Shown: in pieces, positions 27,927 through 37,220 of the stretch | Position numbering within the stretch: position 1 is the first letter of the stretch | How the letters are laid out: each line of letters starts with the position of its first letter | Assembly: GCA_003524085.1 (NCBI GenBank) | Contig: DOEC01000006.1 | Span: 1,146 to 65,145 of the forward strand | Length of the DNA: 64,000 bases | Reading direction: 5' to 3' | From: Bacillota bacterium | GTDB taxonomy: Bacteria > Bacillota_I > Bacilli_A > RF39 > UBA660 | The notes under the pieces: generated by a model | The model's database searches: none | What the model saw: only the letters and a program-made list of their open reading frames with translations | Told to the model about the DNA's origin: nothing | Translations under genes and position numbers: made by a program

Positions 27927-29083
27927 ACTATGAAAATATTTTAAGTAAGTACTCTACTCCACTTTTTATCTATGACTGTGATAAGTTAGAACAAAGAGTT
28001 AATTACTTAAAAAATATGTTAGATACTGATTTATGTTATGCAATTAAAGCTAACTCATTTGTTATAAAAGAAATTGAACCATTAGTATCAAGAATTGAAA
28101 TATGTTCTTATGGAGAATACATGATATGTAAAGATAATGGTGTTAAAAATGATAAGATGGTATTAAGTGGGGTTAATAAAAACTATGATGAGTTTGAAAA
28201 AATTATAAAAGAAGAAAATAATATATTAAGATACACCATTGAAAGTATTACTCAGTTTAATATGTTAAAAGAGTTATCTAGTAAATATAAGAAGAATATT
28301 AATATACTACCTAGAATTACAAGTGGTAACCAGTTTGGAATTACAAAAGAAGAACTATATTATATAATAGAGAACTTAACAGAATTTATGACTTTAACAG
28401 GTATAGAATTCTTTAGTGGAACACAAAAACACAGTATTAAGAGAATTGTTAATGAGTTTACTCTAGTTAATGAGATATTTGATTATATAGAAAACACTTA
28501 TAAACTAACTGATTTAGAGTTAGAGTATGGTCCTGGGTTACCTGTTTACTATTTTGAAGAAGAGAGTTTTAATGAAGAAGAATTTTTAAATGAAGTTAAA
28601 AACAATATTCATACATTCTTTAAAGGTAGAAAAGTTATTCTTGAAATTGGAAGAAGTTTAGTAGCAAATTGTGGTGAATATATTACTAAAGTTGTTGATT
28701 TAAAAGAAAATAAGACTGGAAAATACGCTATTATTGATGGTGGAATTAATCATTTAGTATATTATGGTGGCACGATGGGAATGATGAGACCAAAGTTTGA
28801 AATACTAAACAAAAGTAATACCAAAGAAAATATATACAACATATTTGGGTCTCTTTGCACTATTAACGATATAATTGTTAAGAATGTAAGCTTGCCTGAG
28901 TTAGAAATAAATGATACATTTGTGTTTAAGAATACTGGAGCTTATTCAGTAACTGAAGGAATTAACCTATTTTTAAGTAGAGATATGCCTAAAGTGTTAC
29001 TGCTAAAAAATAAGAATGTGTTATTAGTAAGGGACAACATTAACACATATAAGCTAAATAGTCCTAATTATGGAGGTAAATAA
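27923..29083 (+). CDS. Type III PLP-dependent decarboxylase (Orn/DAP/Arg decarboxylase family)
   Basis: 386 aa. YAIKANS (PLP Lys), EIGRSLVA (EPGR-like), IDGGINH, GSLCTINDI and NTGAYSV. It overlaps the ligase gene by 4 nt. Confidence 0.8.
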   Translation: MNYENILSKYSTPLFIYDCDKLEQRVNYLKNMLDTDLCYAIKANSFVIKEIEPLVSRIEICSYGEYMICKDNGVKNDKMVLSGVNKNYDEFEKIIKEENNILRYTIESITQFNMLKELSSKYKKNINILPRITSGNQFGITKEELYYIIENLTEFMTLTGIEFFSGTQKHSIKRIVNEFTLVNEIFDYIENTYKLTDLELEYGPGLPVYYFEEESFNEEEFLNEVKNNIHTFFKGRKVILEIGRSLVANCGEYITKVVDLKENKTGKYAIIDGGINHLVYYGGTMGMMRPKFEILNKSNTKENIYNIFGSLCTINDIIVKNVSLPELEINDTFVFKNTGAYSVTEGINLFLSRDMPKVLLLKNKNVLLVRDNINTYKLNSPNYGGK

Positions 29084-29084
29084 A

Positions 29085-29315
29085 ATGGAAAAATTATTAG
29101 AAATATTAGAGGAAATCAAGCCTGGTGTAGACTATGAAAATATTGATACTTTAATTAATGACCACTACTTAGATTCACTTTCTATACTTTCTTTAATAAG
29201 TGAACTAGAAGATGAATTTGATATTGTTATACCAACAGTTGAAATAATACCAGATAACTTTAATTCAGTTAAAAGTATGATGGCTCTAATTAACAAATTA
29301 AAAGAGGAAGATTAA
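29085..29315 (+). CDS. DltC-like acyl/aminoacyl carrier protein
   Basis: Track ORF 29070..29315, with the start moved to MEKLLEIL after a GGAGG RBS. The phosphopantetheine Ser context is YLDSLSILSLISELEDEF. Confidence 0.85.
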   Translation: MEKLLEILEEIKPGVDYENIDTLINDHYLDSLSILSLISELEDEFDIVIPTVEIIPDNFNSVKSMMALINKLKEED

Positions 29316-29317
29316 TT

Positions 29318-30883
29318 ATGCAATATAGTGAGTTATCTTACTTTCTTTTTTTACCTTTAGTAATGTTACTTTACACTTTTACTCCTAAGAAATTTAGATA
29401 CATTACTTTACTAGTAGCAAGTTTATTCTTCTTTTATACATTAAGTGGAAAATTATTAATTTATGTCGTATATAGTACTCTTATAATGTACTTTGCTTCT
29501 TTATTAATTGACCACTTTAATGAGTTAGAAGATAATATAAACGAAGAAATGCCTAAAGAAGAAAAGAAAGCTTTAAAATTAAAATATAACAAATATAAAA
29601 AAATAACTTTAGTAATTAGTATACTCTTGCTTTTGTCTACACTACTACTAACTAAATATTTGAACTTCTTTATTACAGTAATAAATGATGTATTTAAAAG
29701 TGGTTTATCTTTAACACGTATTCTAGCGCCTATTGGAATTAGTTTTTATACTTTTGAAGTATTGTCTTATTTAATAGATATATATCATAAAAAATATAAA
29801 GCTAATAAAAATATTTTGAAATGTGCCTTGTATATAGTGTTCTTCCCAACTTTAATGGAAGGACCAATTGCAAGGTATGAACAAATTAAAGATAGTTTAT
29901 TTAGTGGAGAAACAATTAATTATACTAATATGTGTTTTGCTCTTCAAAGAATAGTATATGGTCTTGGTAAAAAGCTTATTATTGCAGACAGATTAAATCC
30001 TATAGTAAAAATGATATTTAATAATTATAGTAACTATAATGGTGGAGTTGTTTTATTAGGTGGAATACTTTATACCATTCAGTTATATATGGACTTTTCT
30101 GGAATTATGGACATTGTAATTGGTAGTGGGCAGATATTTAATATTAAATTACCTGAAAACTTTAAACAACCATTTTTTTCTAAAAATATAAGTGATTTTT
30201 GGTCTAGGTGGCATATCACTCTTGGAACGTTTTTTAAAGACTATATCTTCTACCCTATTTCATTATCTAGAATTTCTAGAAATATTACTAAAATCCTAAG
30301 AAAAAAACTTGGTAGTCATTTTGGACCTTTAGTAAGTGGTTCAATTGCTTTATTAGCAGTTTGGCTAAGTAATGGTTTATGGCATGGAGCAGGATACCAA
30401 TACATCTTATTTGGAATGTATCACTTTGTACTAATCTTACTTGGTAATATATGTATGCCATTAATTAATAGATTTTATGATAAGACAAAAATAAATAAAG
30501 AAAGTGTTTTTGTTAAGTGTTTTAGCATTTTAAGAACTACTATATTAGTAATATTTGGAGAAATAATATTTAGATCAAACTCTGTAAAAGATGCATTATC
30601 TATGATTAAAAGAATATTTACTAACTTTAGTTTTGATATAGTTAAACCTTTAAATAAGATAGGACTAGACATATACGATATGATTATTATTTTAGTTACT
30701 CTTATTGTTATAGTGGTTATTAGTATTTTAAAAGAAAAGAATATTAACGTTAGAGAAATTATTAGTAAAAAGCCTATCTATATTAGATGGATAATCTATT
30801 ATGCTCTTATATTATATGTTTTAATCTTTGGTGCTTATTTGGGTCCATATATTCCGGTTGACCCAATGTATGCTAATTTTTAG
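29318..30883 (+). CDS. MBOAT family O-acyltransferase (DltB/AlgI-like)
   Basis: 521 aa and polytopic. It has FWSRWHITLGTFFKDYIFYP and the conserved His in GLWHGAGY. Confidence 0.85.
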   Translation: MQYSELSYFLFLPLVMLLYTFTPKKFRYITLLVASLFFFYTLSGKLLIYVVYSTLIMYFASLLIDHFNELEDNINEEMPKEEKKALKLKYNKYKKITLVISILLLLSTLLLTKYLNFFITVINDVFKSGLSLTRILAPIGISFYTFEVLSYLIDIYHKKYKANKNILKCALYIVFFPTLMEGPIARYEQIKDSLFSGETINYTNMCFALQRIVYGLGKKLIIADRLNPIVKMIFNNYSNYNGGVVLLGGILYTIQLYMDFSGIMDIVIGSGQIFNIKLPENFKQPFFSKNISDFWSRWHITLGTFFKDYIFYPISLSRISRNITKILRKKLGSHFGPLVSGSIALLAVWLSNGLWHGAGYQYILFGMYHFVLILLGNICMPLINRFYDKTKINKESVFVKCFSILRTTILVIFGEIIFRSNSVKDALSMIKRIFTNFSFDIVKPLNKIGLDIYDMIIILVTLIVIVVISILKEKNINVREIISKKPIYIRWIIYYALILYVLIFGAYLGPYIPVDPMYANF

Positions 30884-30894
30884 GAGGTAATGTT

Positions 30895-31818
30895 ATGAAA
30901 AATATATTAAAATCCACATTATTTTTAAGTATACTTTTAGTTATCATTATATATATGGGAAAAATCTTTACTCCTAAAGATAACACTTTAGAAAGTGGGA
31001 TGAATGAAGTAAGAGCTAATGGAATACTTGGAGAAAAAGATGATATTGATGTTATTATAATTGGAGACTCTTTAACATACAGTTCATTTATACCAATTGA
31101 GATGTATAAAGAATACGGGTTTACTTCATATGTAATGGGTACTCATGCACAAAGAAGTCATGATACTTATAAGTTACTTAAGAATGCTCTTAATTATCAA
31201 AAACCTAAAGTTGTAGTACTTGAAACTAATCTTTTATTTAGAAAATATAGTTTTAATAGAGATATGCTTAGTAAGCTTGAAACAATACTACCTTTCTTTG
31301 ATTATCATAATAGATGGAAAAATCTAAGTTTTAAAGATTTTACTAGTGAAATTAATTATACTTACACTGACCCGACTAAAGGATATATGTTAAAGAAAAG
31401 TGTTAAAAGTGGAAAGACTTATAATTATATGAAAAAAGATAGTAAAGTTACTCATATAGTTAATAGAAATTATGTTTATTTAGAGAAAATAAAAAAGTTA
31501 TGCAGTGAAAATAATATCAAGCTAATTTTGGTAAGCGCATCAAGTGAAAGGAATTATAACTTTAGTAAACATGAAAGTATTGAAAAATATGCAACCAAGA
31601 ATAAAATAGACTATATTGATTTAAACTTAGAAGATGTTAAAATTGACTGGGAAAAAGATACTACTGATAAAGGAGATCATTTGAATTATTTGGGAGCTTT
31701 AAAAGAAAGCAAGTTTTTTGGTAATATTTTAAAAGATAGGTATAATCTGGTAGATAAAAGAGGTACACTAGAAAGTTGGGATAAACTAGAAATGGTGTAC
31801 AATAAAAAAGCTAGATAG
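30895..31818 (+). CDS. Membrane-anchored SGNH/GDSL-like protein (DltD/AlgX-position analog)
   Basis: 307 aa with an N-terminal TM. Block I is VIIIGDSLTYSSF, and the C-terminal region has DKGDHLNYLG. Confidence 0.6.
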   Translation: MKNILKSTLFLSILLVIIIYMGKIFTPKDNTLESGMNEVRANGILGEKDDIDVIIIGDSLTYSSFIPIEMYKEYGFTSYVMGTHAQRSHDTYKLLKNALNYQKPKVVVLETNLLFRKYSFNRDMLSKLETILPFFDYHNRWKNLSFKDFTSEINYTYTDPTKGYMLKKSVKSGKTYNYMKKDSKVTHIVNRNYVYLEKIKKLCSENNIKLILVSASSERNYNFSKHESIEKYATKNKIDYIDLNLEDVKIDWEKDTTDKGDHLNYLGALKESKFFGNILKDRYNLVDKRGTLESWDKLEMVYNKKAR

Positions 31819-32170
31819 TATAACATACTACACTAGCTACTGCATAAACTTCATCATGCGTAATTGAAAGGCTAAATTTTAGTCTTTCTTTTTTTATGTA
31901 TTCACTTAGTTTTCCATAGAAATTAAAGTAAGGCATGCCATTATTATGTAACACTTCTATATCAAGGATACTATATACGCTTAAATTTACTCCTAAGCTT
32001 TTTAAAAGAGCTTCTTTGGCAGCGAATACTCCCGCCTTTGTTTCTATGCTTTTATGACTAGCAAAATACTCTAATTCACTACTTGTAAACACACTACTTA
32101 ATTTTTTTATTTTGTTTATACTTTCAACCCTGACTATATCTATTCCATTAGTTATCATTTTTTTCCTCAA
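31811..32170 (-). CDS. acpS: Holo-[acyl-carrier-protein] synthase
   Basis: 119-aa track ORF. The likely start is MITNGIDIVRVESI at 32158. FTSSELEY and FAAKEALLKSLG motifs are present. Confidence 0.85.
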   Translation of the reverse strand: MRKKMITNGIDIVRVESINKIKKLSSVFTSSELEYFASHKSIETKAGVFAAKEALLKSLGVNLSVYSILDIEVLHNNGMPYFNFYGKLSEYIKKERLKFSLSITHDEVYAVASVVCYTI

Positions 32171-34127
32171 GAGTACTTTCTTTTTGCGCTACTTTTTTAA
32201 AGTAGTCTGTTTTTAATGTTAAATCATTCTTCTTTATTAATTCACTTATATAGTGGTTCATGTTTTCTAAGTCAGTTATATTTATCCATTTACCATTAGT
32301 TACTTCTCCACCCTCAACATAAACTTTTCCGTTATACCAAGAGTAATCACTAAAGAATACGTATCCATTATAATTTTTAGATAGAGCATTAGTACCTATA
32401 TAATTATTAGAATTATAGTCTATCCCATATAAATTAAGTATTGTTGGAAGTATATTTAACTGACTTGTTACATCAGTAACTGTCTTTTTACTCTTACCAT
32501 CATATATAAAGAATGGTGTATGATTTATCAAGTTATTTGATGTTTCCTTGTATTTATCTAGTATAGTTTGGTCACTTAATGTATATAAGTAATGATCAGT
32601 AAATACGACTATTGCTGTGTTAGACATAAGATTTTTTTCTTCAAGTTTATTTAGAAGAAGTTCTACCATATAGTCTGTTTCTTTTGCTTGTCTTAAAGCA
32701 CATTCTTCTTCTGTTAATGTAGGTAATTTATAGTCTTTTGGAAGTTTGTCAACATTCAAGTTTTCTAAAGCATCTAATTCTACTAATCTTTTACATACAC
32801 CTTTTTCAGTACTAAATGGTAAGTGACTACTATAAGTAATGATATAGTCTACAAATTTTTTTTCACTAAACATTCTATTACTAAAGTCCTCATTTAAAAT
32901 TAGTTCTCTATCTAACTCATATTCTTTATTTTTATACTCATACATATCAACTAGACCATAATAGTTATCATATCCCCAGTTTTTATAGTTAACTCCCCTA
33001 CTATAGAATTCGCTTGTATTCATGTGAAATGCATTAACCGAATAGCCTAAGTTCTTAAATAGTTTTGACAAAGTATAAGGAAATGTGTTTTTACTAAATG
33101 AATAAGCGTTTTGTGTATAACTTAGTGGTGTTATAAAACCAGTATTAACAGCAAATTCACTATTAAAAGTACTTCCTCCACCATTATAATATGAGTAATG
33201 ATTTTTAAAGTTTATTCCTTTATTCATTAGTTTATATAAAGTTGGAGTGTTTTCTTTAGTTAACATCCACGAGTCTACACCTTCTAATTGAAGTATTATT
33301 AAGTTTTTGTCTTTTAATAAACCAGTGTACCTATCTGTAGTTTTTTCATCTTCCATGTTATAAATACCATCTAAAAATGACATTTCTTCTTCGCTAGTTG
33401 TTTTTTTAGGTTTTAAGAATGTTACATAAAAATTTCTTACATTGTATTCATAAAATCCACTTATTCTCATACTTTTATTGTTATCATTAAAGCTTATGTA
33501 AATGTTTCTAGGATTACGCCAGGTTGACCAAGTAAGTTCTTTGTCAGATTTTCCGTACACTAGTGGTGTAAGAGTGTGTCCTACTAAGAAGATTACTAAA
33601 ATTACTGCTAGTTTTTTATATCTATTTTTTTCTACTTTTGGATAAAATTTAAATAAGTATATAGTTAAAGATAATATTAAAAGCATAAGTATGTAAACCC
33701 ATATGTTACAGTTAATAATCGCATCCATGAAGTAGCCTGAGCCTTCTCCTGCAAGTAATACTAGAGAAAAATCAAAGAATGTATCTGTCATACTATAGTA
33801 GACATTGTTTACTGTAAACAAGGCAAAACTAAGGATAAAAAATACTACGTATATAGATTTACCTATTTTTCCCTTAAATGAAGTACTAAGTCCAATTATT
33901 AGAGTTACCCATAATAAAGTAAATAAATTTGGGGCTAATCTATATATGCCATAAAAGTTTATTTTATATCCTAAAATTCTTGTAAACAAGTCCATCAATA
34001 TAAATGGAATACTTATTAATATTATACTTTTATTTCTTATAAAAAAGGCGATTATCTTTTTAAATATGTTATCTTTTTCTTTTATATTTTTCTTTTTTTC
34101 TTTCACATCTTTTTTCATTTTAATCAC
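32148..34127 (-). CDS. ltaS: Lipoteichoic acid synthase family protein (LtaS-type sulfatase-fold)
   Basis: 659 aa with five N-terminal TM segments. The extracellular sulfatase domain shows ILQLEGVDSW and GGGSTFNSEFAVNTG. Confidence 0.85.
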   Translation of the reverse strand: MIKMKKDVKEKKKNIKEKDNIFKKIIAFFIRNKSIILISIPFILMDLFTRILGYKINFYGIYRLAPNLFTLLWVTLIIGLSTSFKGKIGKSIYVVFFILSFALFTVNNVYYSMTDTFFDFSLVLLAGEGSGYFMDAIINCNIWVYILMLLILSLTIYLFKFYPKVEKNRYKKLAVILVIFLVGHTLTPLVYGKSDKELTWSTWRNPRNIYISFNDNNKSMRISGFYEYNVRNFYVTFLKPKKTTSEEEMSFLDGIYNMEDEKTTDRYTGLLKDKNLIILQLEGVDSWMLTKENTPTLYKLMNKGINFKNHYSYYNGGGSTFNSEFAVNTGFITPLSYTQNAYSFSKNTFPYTLSKLFKNLGYSVNAFHMNTSEFYSRGVNYKNWGYDNYYGLVDMYEYKNKEYELDRELILNEDFSNRMFSEKKFVDYIITYSSHLPFSTEKGVCKRLVELDALENLNVDKLPKDYKLPTLTEEECALRQAKETDYMVELLLNKLEEKNLMSNTAIVVFTDHYLYTLSDQTILDKYKETSNNLINHTPFFIYDGKSKKTVTDVTSQLNILPTILNLYGIDYNSNNYIGTNALSKNYNGYVFFSDYSWYNGKVYVEGGEVTNGKWINITDLENMNHYISELIKKNDLTLKTDYFKKVAQKESTLEEKNDN

Positions 34128-34252
34128 GTATATATTGTACCAAATATCTTACTGTTTGTCTAGATGGTCTTAACATATTTAAATATAACTAGTATTATTT
34201 TTTTCTAAATAAAAAGAAAAAACTTTAGTTAATTTTTATTTACTTTTAATAA

Positions 34253-34570
34253 TTATTTGACTAACTTTATATCAATTATATCTTTAATGTCTATTACTTC
34301 GTTGTTTATTGTTAATAATTTAGTTTTATCCCTAGCTATTAAAGTGCAAGATTTGTCTCCATTTTTTGTGGTTACACACACATTTACTTTATATATAAAG
34401 TTGTTACTTGAAAATATATCGTTAATCTTTTTTCTTATTAGTATTTCTTTCATGTTATCATCTATTATTTTTGTTTCATTTAAATTATCTTTTCCATAGT
34501 AAAATTCTTCATTGTTTTTTATTATTCCAGTATTTTTATTTACAAATATATTAGGTAGTTTTTTATTCAT
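34253..34570 (-). CDS. Hypothetical protein (105 aa)
   Basis: ORF track only. A GGGGGAAAC RBS lies upstream. Confidence 0.45.
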   Translation of the reverse strand: MNKKLPNIFVNKNTGIIKNNEEFYYGKDNLNETKIIDDNMKEILIRKKINDIFSSNNFIYKVNVCVTTKNGDKSCTLIARDKTKLLTINNEVIDIKDIIDIKLVK

Positions 34571-34627
34571 AGTTTCCCCCTAGTAAAGTGTATGATTATT
34601 TTTTTATTTAATTCCATAATTTAGCAG

Positions 34628-34657
34628 TTGACTATACAAACAAAGACGTGTTATACT
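34628..34657 (+). promoter_or_regulatory. Promoter of the Y-family polymerase operon with an embedded ACAAAC-N4-ACGTGT element
   Basis: TTGACT (34628-34633), 18 nt, TATACT (34652-34657). ACAAACAAAGACGTGT lies at 34636-34651 in the spacer. Confidence 0.5.
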
Positions 34658-34684
34658 TAATGCGAACAAAGGATGGTGTTTGTC

Positions 34685-35929
34685 ATGGAAGAAAGAAATA
34701 TTTTATGTATTGATTTAAAGAGTTTTTTTGCTTCAGTTGAATGTATTGAAAGAAATTTAGACCCGTTTACTACTCCCTTAATTGTTGCTGATCCATCTAG
34801 AAAAGGTGGGGCGATTACTCTTGCAGTTACTCCATATATGAAAACTCTTGGTGTACCTTCTCGTGGAAGAGTTTTTGAGATACCTAAAGGAATTAAATAT
34901 ATTACAGCTACTCCTAGAATGAGTTTGTATGTTAAGAAAAGTAAAGAAGTTATTAATTGTTTTTTAGATTTTGTAAGTAAAGAAGATATGCATGTGTACT
35001 CTATAGACGAAGCGTTTTTAGATGTTACTGATTATTTAAAGTTATATAAGATGGATGATGTTACTTTAGCTAAAAACATAATGGCTAGAATTAAAGAGAA
35101 GACAGGACTTACTAGTACGTGTGGAATTGGGCCCAACTTACTTCTTGCTAAGGTTGCACTTGATATTGAGAGTAAACATAGTCCTGACTTTATCGCTAAG
35201 TGGACTTATGAAGATGTGAAGACTAAGTTATGGAATATAACACCATTAGACGAGATGTGGGGAATTGGATCTAAAACTATGAAAAAACTAAATGATCTAG
35301 GAATATATAAGGTTGGAGATATTAATAAGTATGGTAAAGAGTTTTATAAGAAAAGATTTGGTGTGTTAGGCGAAGAGTTGTATTTGCACGCGAATGGGAT
35401 AGATTATAGTAATATTAAAAATGATAGATATGAAGTTAAAAATAAAAGTTATGGACTTAGTCAGATATTATATAAAGATTATACTCCTAGTGAAGTTATT
35501 TTAATTGTTAAAGAGATGTGTGAGACCGCTACTAAAAGACTTAGAAGTAATAAAAAAGCATGCGAAGTAGTTGGTTTTGGTATTGGATACTCTAGAAGTG
35601 TTGGTGGTGGGTTTTATCATTCTAAGAAGTTATCTTCTCCTACTGATAAAGATAGCGTTATTTATGAAGTGTGCAAAAGTATACTTGATGCGTATATTGA
35701 AGAACTTCCTATTAGAAAGGTAAGTATTTCTCTTGGTAAATTAAGTGATAATAATTATGTACAGTTAAATTTATTTGATACAAACGAAGAAAGTTATGAT
35801 GAGACTATGAAAACAATTGACGAGATAACTAAGAGATTTGGGGATAATGCTATTTTAAAAGCGTCTAGTTTACTTGATTATAGTACAATTAAAATGCGTA
35901 ATAAGAAGATGGGTGGACATAATAAGTAA
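34685..35929 (+). CDS. Y-family DNA polymerase (DinB/UvrX/YqjW-like translesion polymerase)
   Basis: Track ORF 34673..35929. ILCIDLKSFFASVEC, YSIDEAFLDVT and the HhH WGIGSKTMKKL are present. Confidence 0.9.
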   Translation: MEERNILCIDLKSFFASVECIERNLDPFTTPLIVADPSRKGGAITLAVTPYMKTLGVPSRGRVFEIPKGIKYITATPRMSLYVKKSKEVINCFLDFVSKEDMHVYSIDEAFLDVTDYLKLYKMDDVTLAKNIMARIKEKTGLTSTCGIGPNLLLAKVALDIESKHSPDFIAKWTYEDVKTKLWNITPLDEMWGIGSKTMKKLNDLGIYKVGDINKYGKEFYKKRFGVLGEELYLHANGIDYSNIKNDRYEVKNKSYGLSQILYKDYTPSEVILIVKEMCETATKRLRSNKKACEVVGFGIGYSRSVGGGFYHSKKLSSPTDKDSVIYEVCKSILDAYIEELPIRKVSISLGKLSDNNYVQLNLFDTNEESYDETMKTIDEITKRFGDNAILKASSLLDYSTIKMRNKKMGGHNK

Positions 35930-35939
35930 TGGTGATATT

Positions 35940-36245
35940 ATGTATAGAAAAATGATTAAATGGAAACCATTTAATACCTTACTTAAGTATAAAGATATTT
36001 TAGAAATTGATAAAAATAGACAGTTAGTTGATAAGCCTGTTATTATGGAAGACAGGATATATGAAATTAATGATGTGTTAAAGAGTGTGAATTCTTCTAC
36101 TTTAGTTAGAGTAAAATATTTTAATAAAGGAATGCTATTATATAAAGAAGGATATGTTAGTAAAATTGATACAATAGAAAAATATATTCTAATAGATAGA
36201 TTTAGAATATATTTTAGGGAACTTATTAAAATTGAAGTTATTTAG
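35940..36245 (+). CDS. YolD-like protein (UmuD-position partner of the Y-family polymerase)
   Basis: Track ORF 35874..36245, with the start moved to MYRKMIKWKPFNTL. ~100 aa, located immediately downstream of the polymerase as in uvrX-yolD and yqjW-yqjX pairs. Confidence 0.6.
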   Translation: MYRKMIKWKPFNTLLKYKDILEIDKNRQLVDKPVIMEDRIYEINDVLKSVNSSTLVRVKYFNKGMLLYKEGYVSKIDTIEKYILIDRFRIYFRELIKIEVI

Positions 36246-36759
36246 TTAATGAATGTACGACCATGTTGTCTTGATATTCTACTAAGTCTGGATATATTTT
36301 AAATAGAGTGTCTAAATCTTTCTTCTCTACTACTCTGTGTCCTAGAGTGTTAAAGTGAGTGGGATTTCCCATTACTGCTAGTGAAGTATCTATTACTACT
36401 TTCTTGTTATTAAGTACTGTTTCTACTACCCAGTGGCCGCCGAAAGAGCTACCCTCCGTACCTTTGAAGTGTGGGTTTACTACGTACACGGCTTCACTAT
36501 ATATTCCAAGTTTATCTAGTAAAAGAACAAGTTCATATGAACAGGTTTTGCATCTTCCACCAGTTAAGCCTAGTCTAAAAAGGTCAATAAATGCAAGAGG
36601 GCCATACCCAGTTATTCTAATTGGTGTTTTGTCTTTTGAAATTATATCCCATAAAAGCTCGTCAAACTCAGTTAGTTTGTTTTTACTATAAAGTTCATTA
36701 AATACTTTTTTAAATTCTTTATTGTTTCTTAATAACTCTTCTCTAAATACATTTTTCAT
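36238..36759 (-). CDS. Hypothetical protein, possibly transglutaminase-like Cys-His-Asp fold
   Basis: 173 aa. Candidate triad contexts are GGRCKTCS, GGHWVVE and VVIDTS. The assignment is weak. Confidence 0.35.
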   Translation of the reverse strand: MKNVFREELLRNNKEFKKVFNELYSKNKLTEFDELLWDIISKDKTPIRITGYGPLAFIDLFRLGLTGGRCKTCSYELVLLLDKLGIYSEAVYVVNPHFKGTEGSSFGGHWVVETVLNNKKVVIDTSLAVMGNPTHFNTLGHRVVEKKDLDTLFKIYPDLVEYQDNMVVHSLTK

Positions 36760-36793
36760 TTGTTTTCTCCTAGAAATATTGTATCAATAAATT

Positions 36794-37102
36794 CTATAGT
36801 TTTAAAGTCTTTTCTTTACCTTTAATGATAATGTTGTTATTTTGTGTAAATGACATGTCATATTCCTTAAAGTTTATCTTATCTAAAATTTGTTTTGGAA
36901 TTTTTATTTTGTTACCTACTTTTTCAACACTATAAGTATTTGCTAGTATTATTCTATAAACTTTTCTATTTTGACTAGTCATACTTAAATTTATGTTTTG
37001 TTTTAAGTTTGAAAGGATAAGAGTGTTTTCGTCTATCAAAGTAATGGATGTGAAATTTAAGTTTTCTGGTATTATCAAAAAATTATTTTTTATTTCAAAC
37101 AT
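36794..37102 (-). CDS. Hypothetical protein (102 aa)
   Basis: ORF track plus a GGGGGC RBS and a consensus promoter. Confidence 0.5.
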   Translation of the reverse strand: MFEIKNNFLIIPENLNFTSITLIDENTLILSNLKQNINLSMTSQNRKVYRIILANTYSVEKVGNKIKIPKQILDKINFKEYDMSFTQNNNIIIKGKEKTLKL

Positions 37103-37125
37103 AATGTAGCCCCCTTAATTACTAT

Positions 37126-37156
37126 AATTATACCATATTTGGTACTGTTTTGTCAA
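37126..37156 (-). promoter_or_regulatory. Promoter with the conserved AATTATACCATATTTGGTAC core containing palindrome TACCA-N4-TGGTA
   Basis: On the minus strand: TTGACA (37151-37156), 18 nt, TATAAT (37127-37132). The palindrome lies at 37131-37144. Confidence 0.6.
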
Positions 37157-37220
37157 AAATTTGTGCTTTTATTTTTTAGGGTTAATTGATATAATTATAA
37201 TAGGTAAAGGTAGGGATTAT

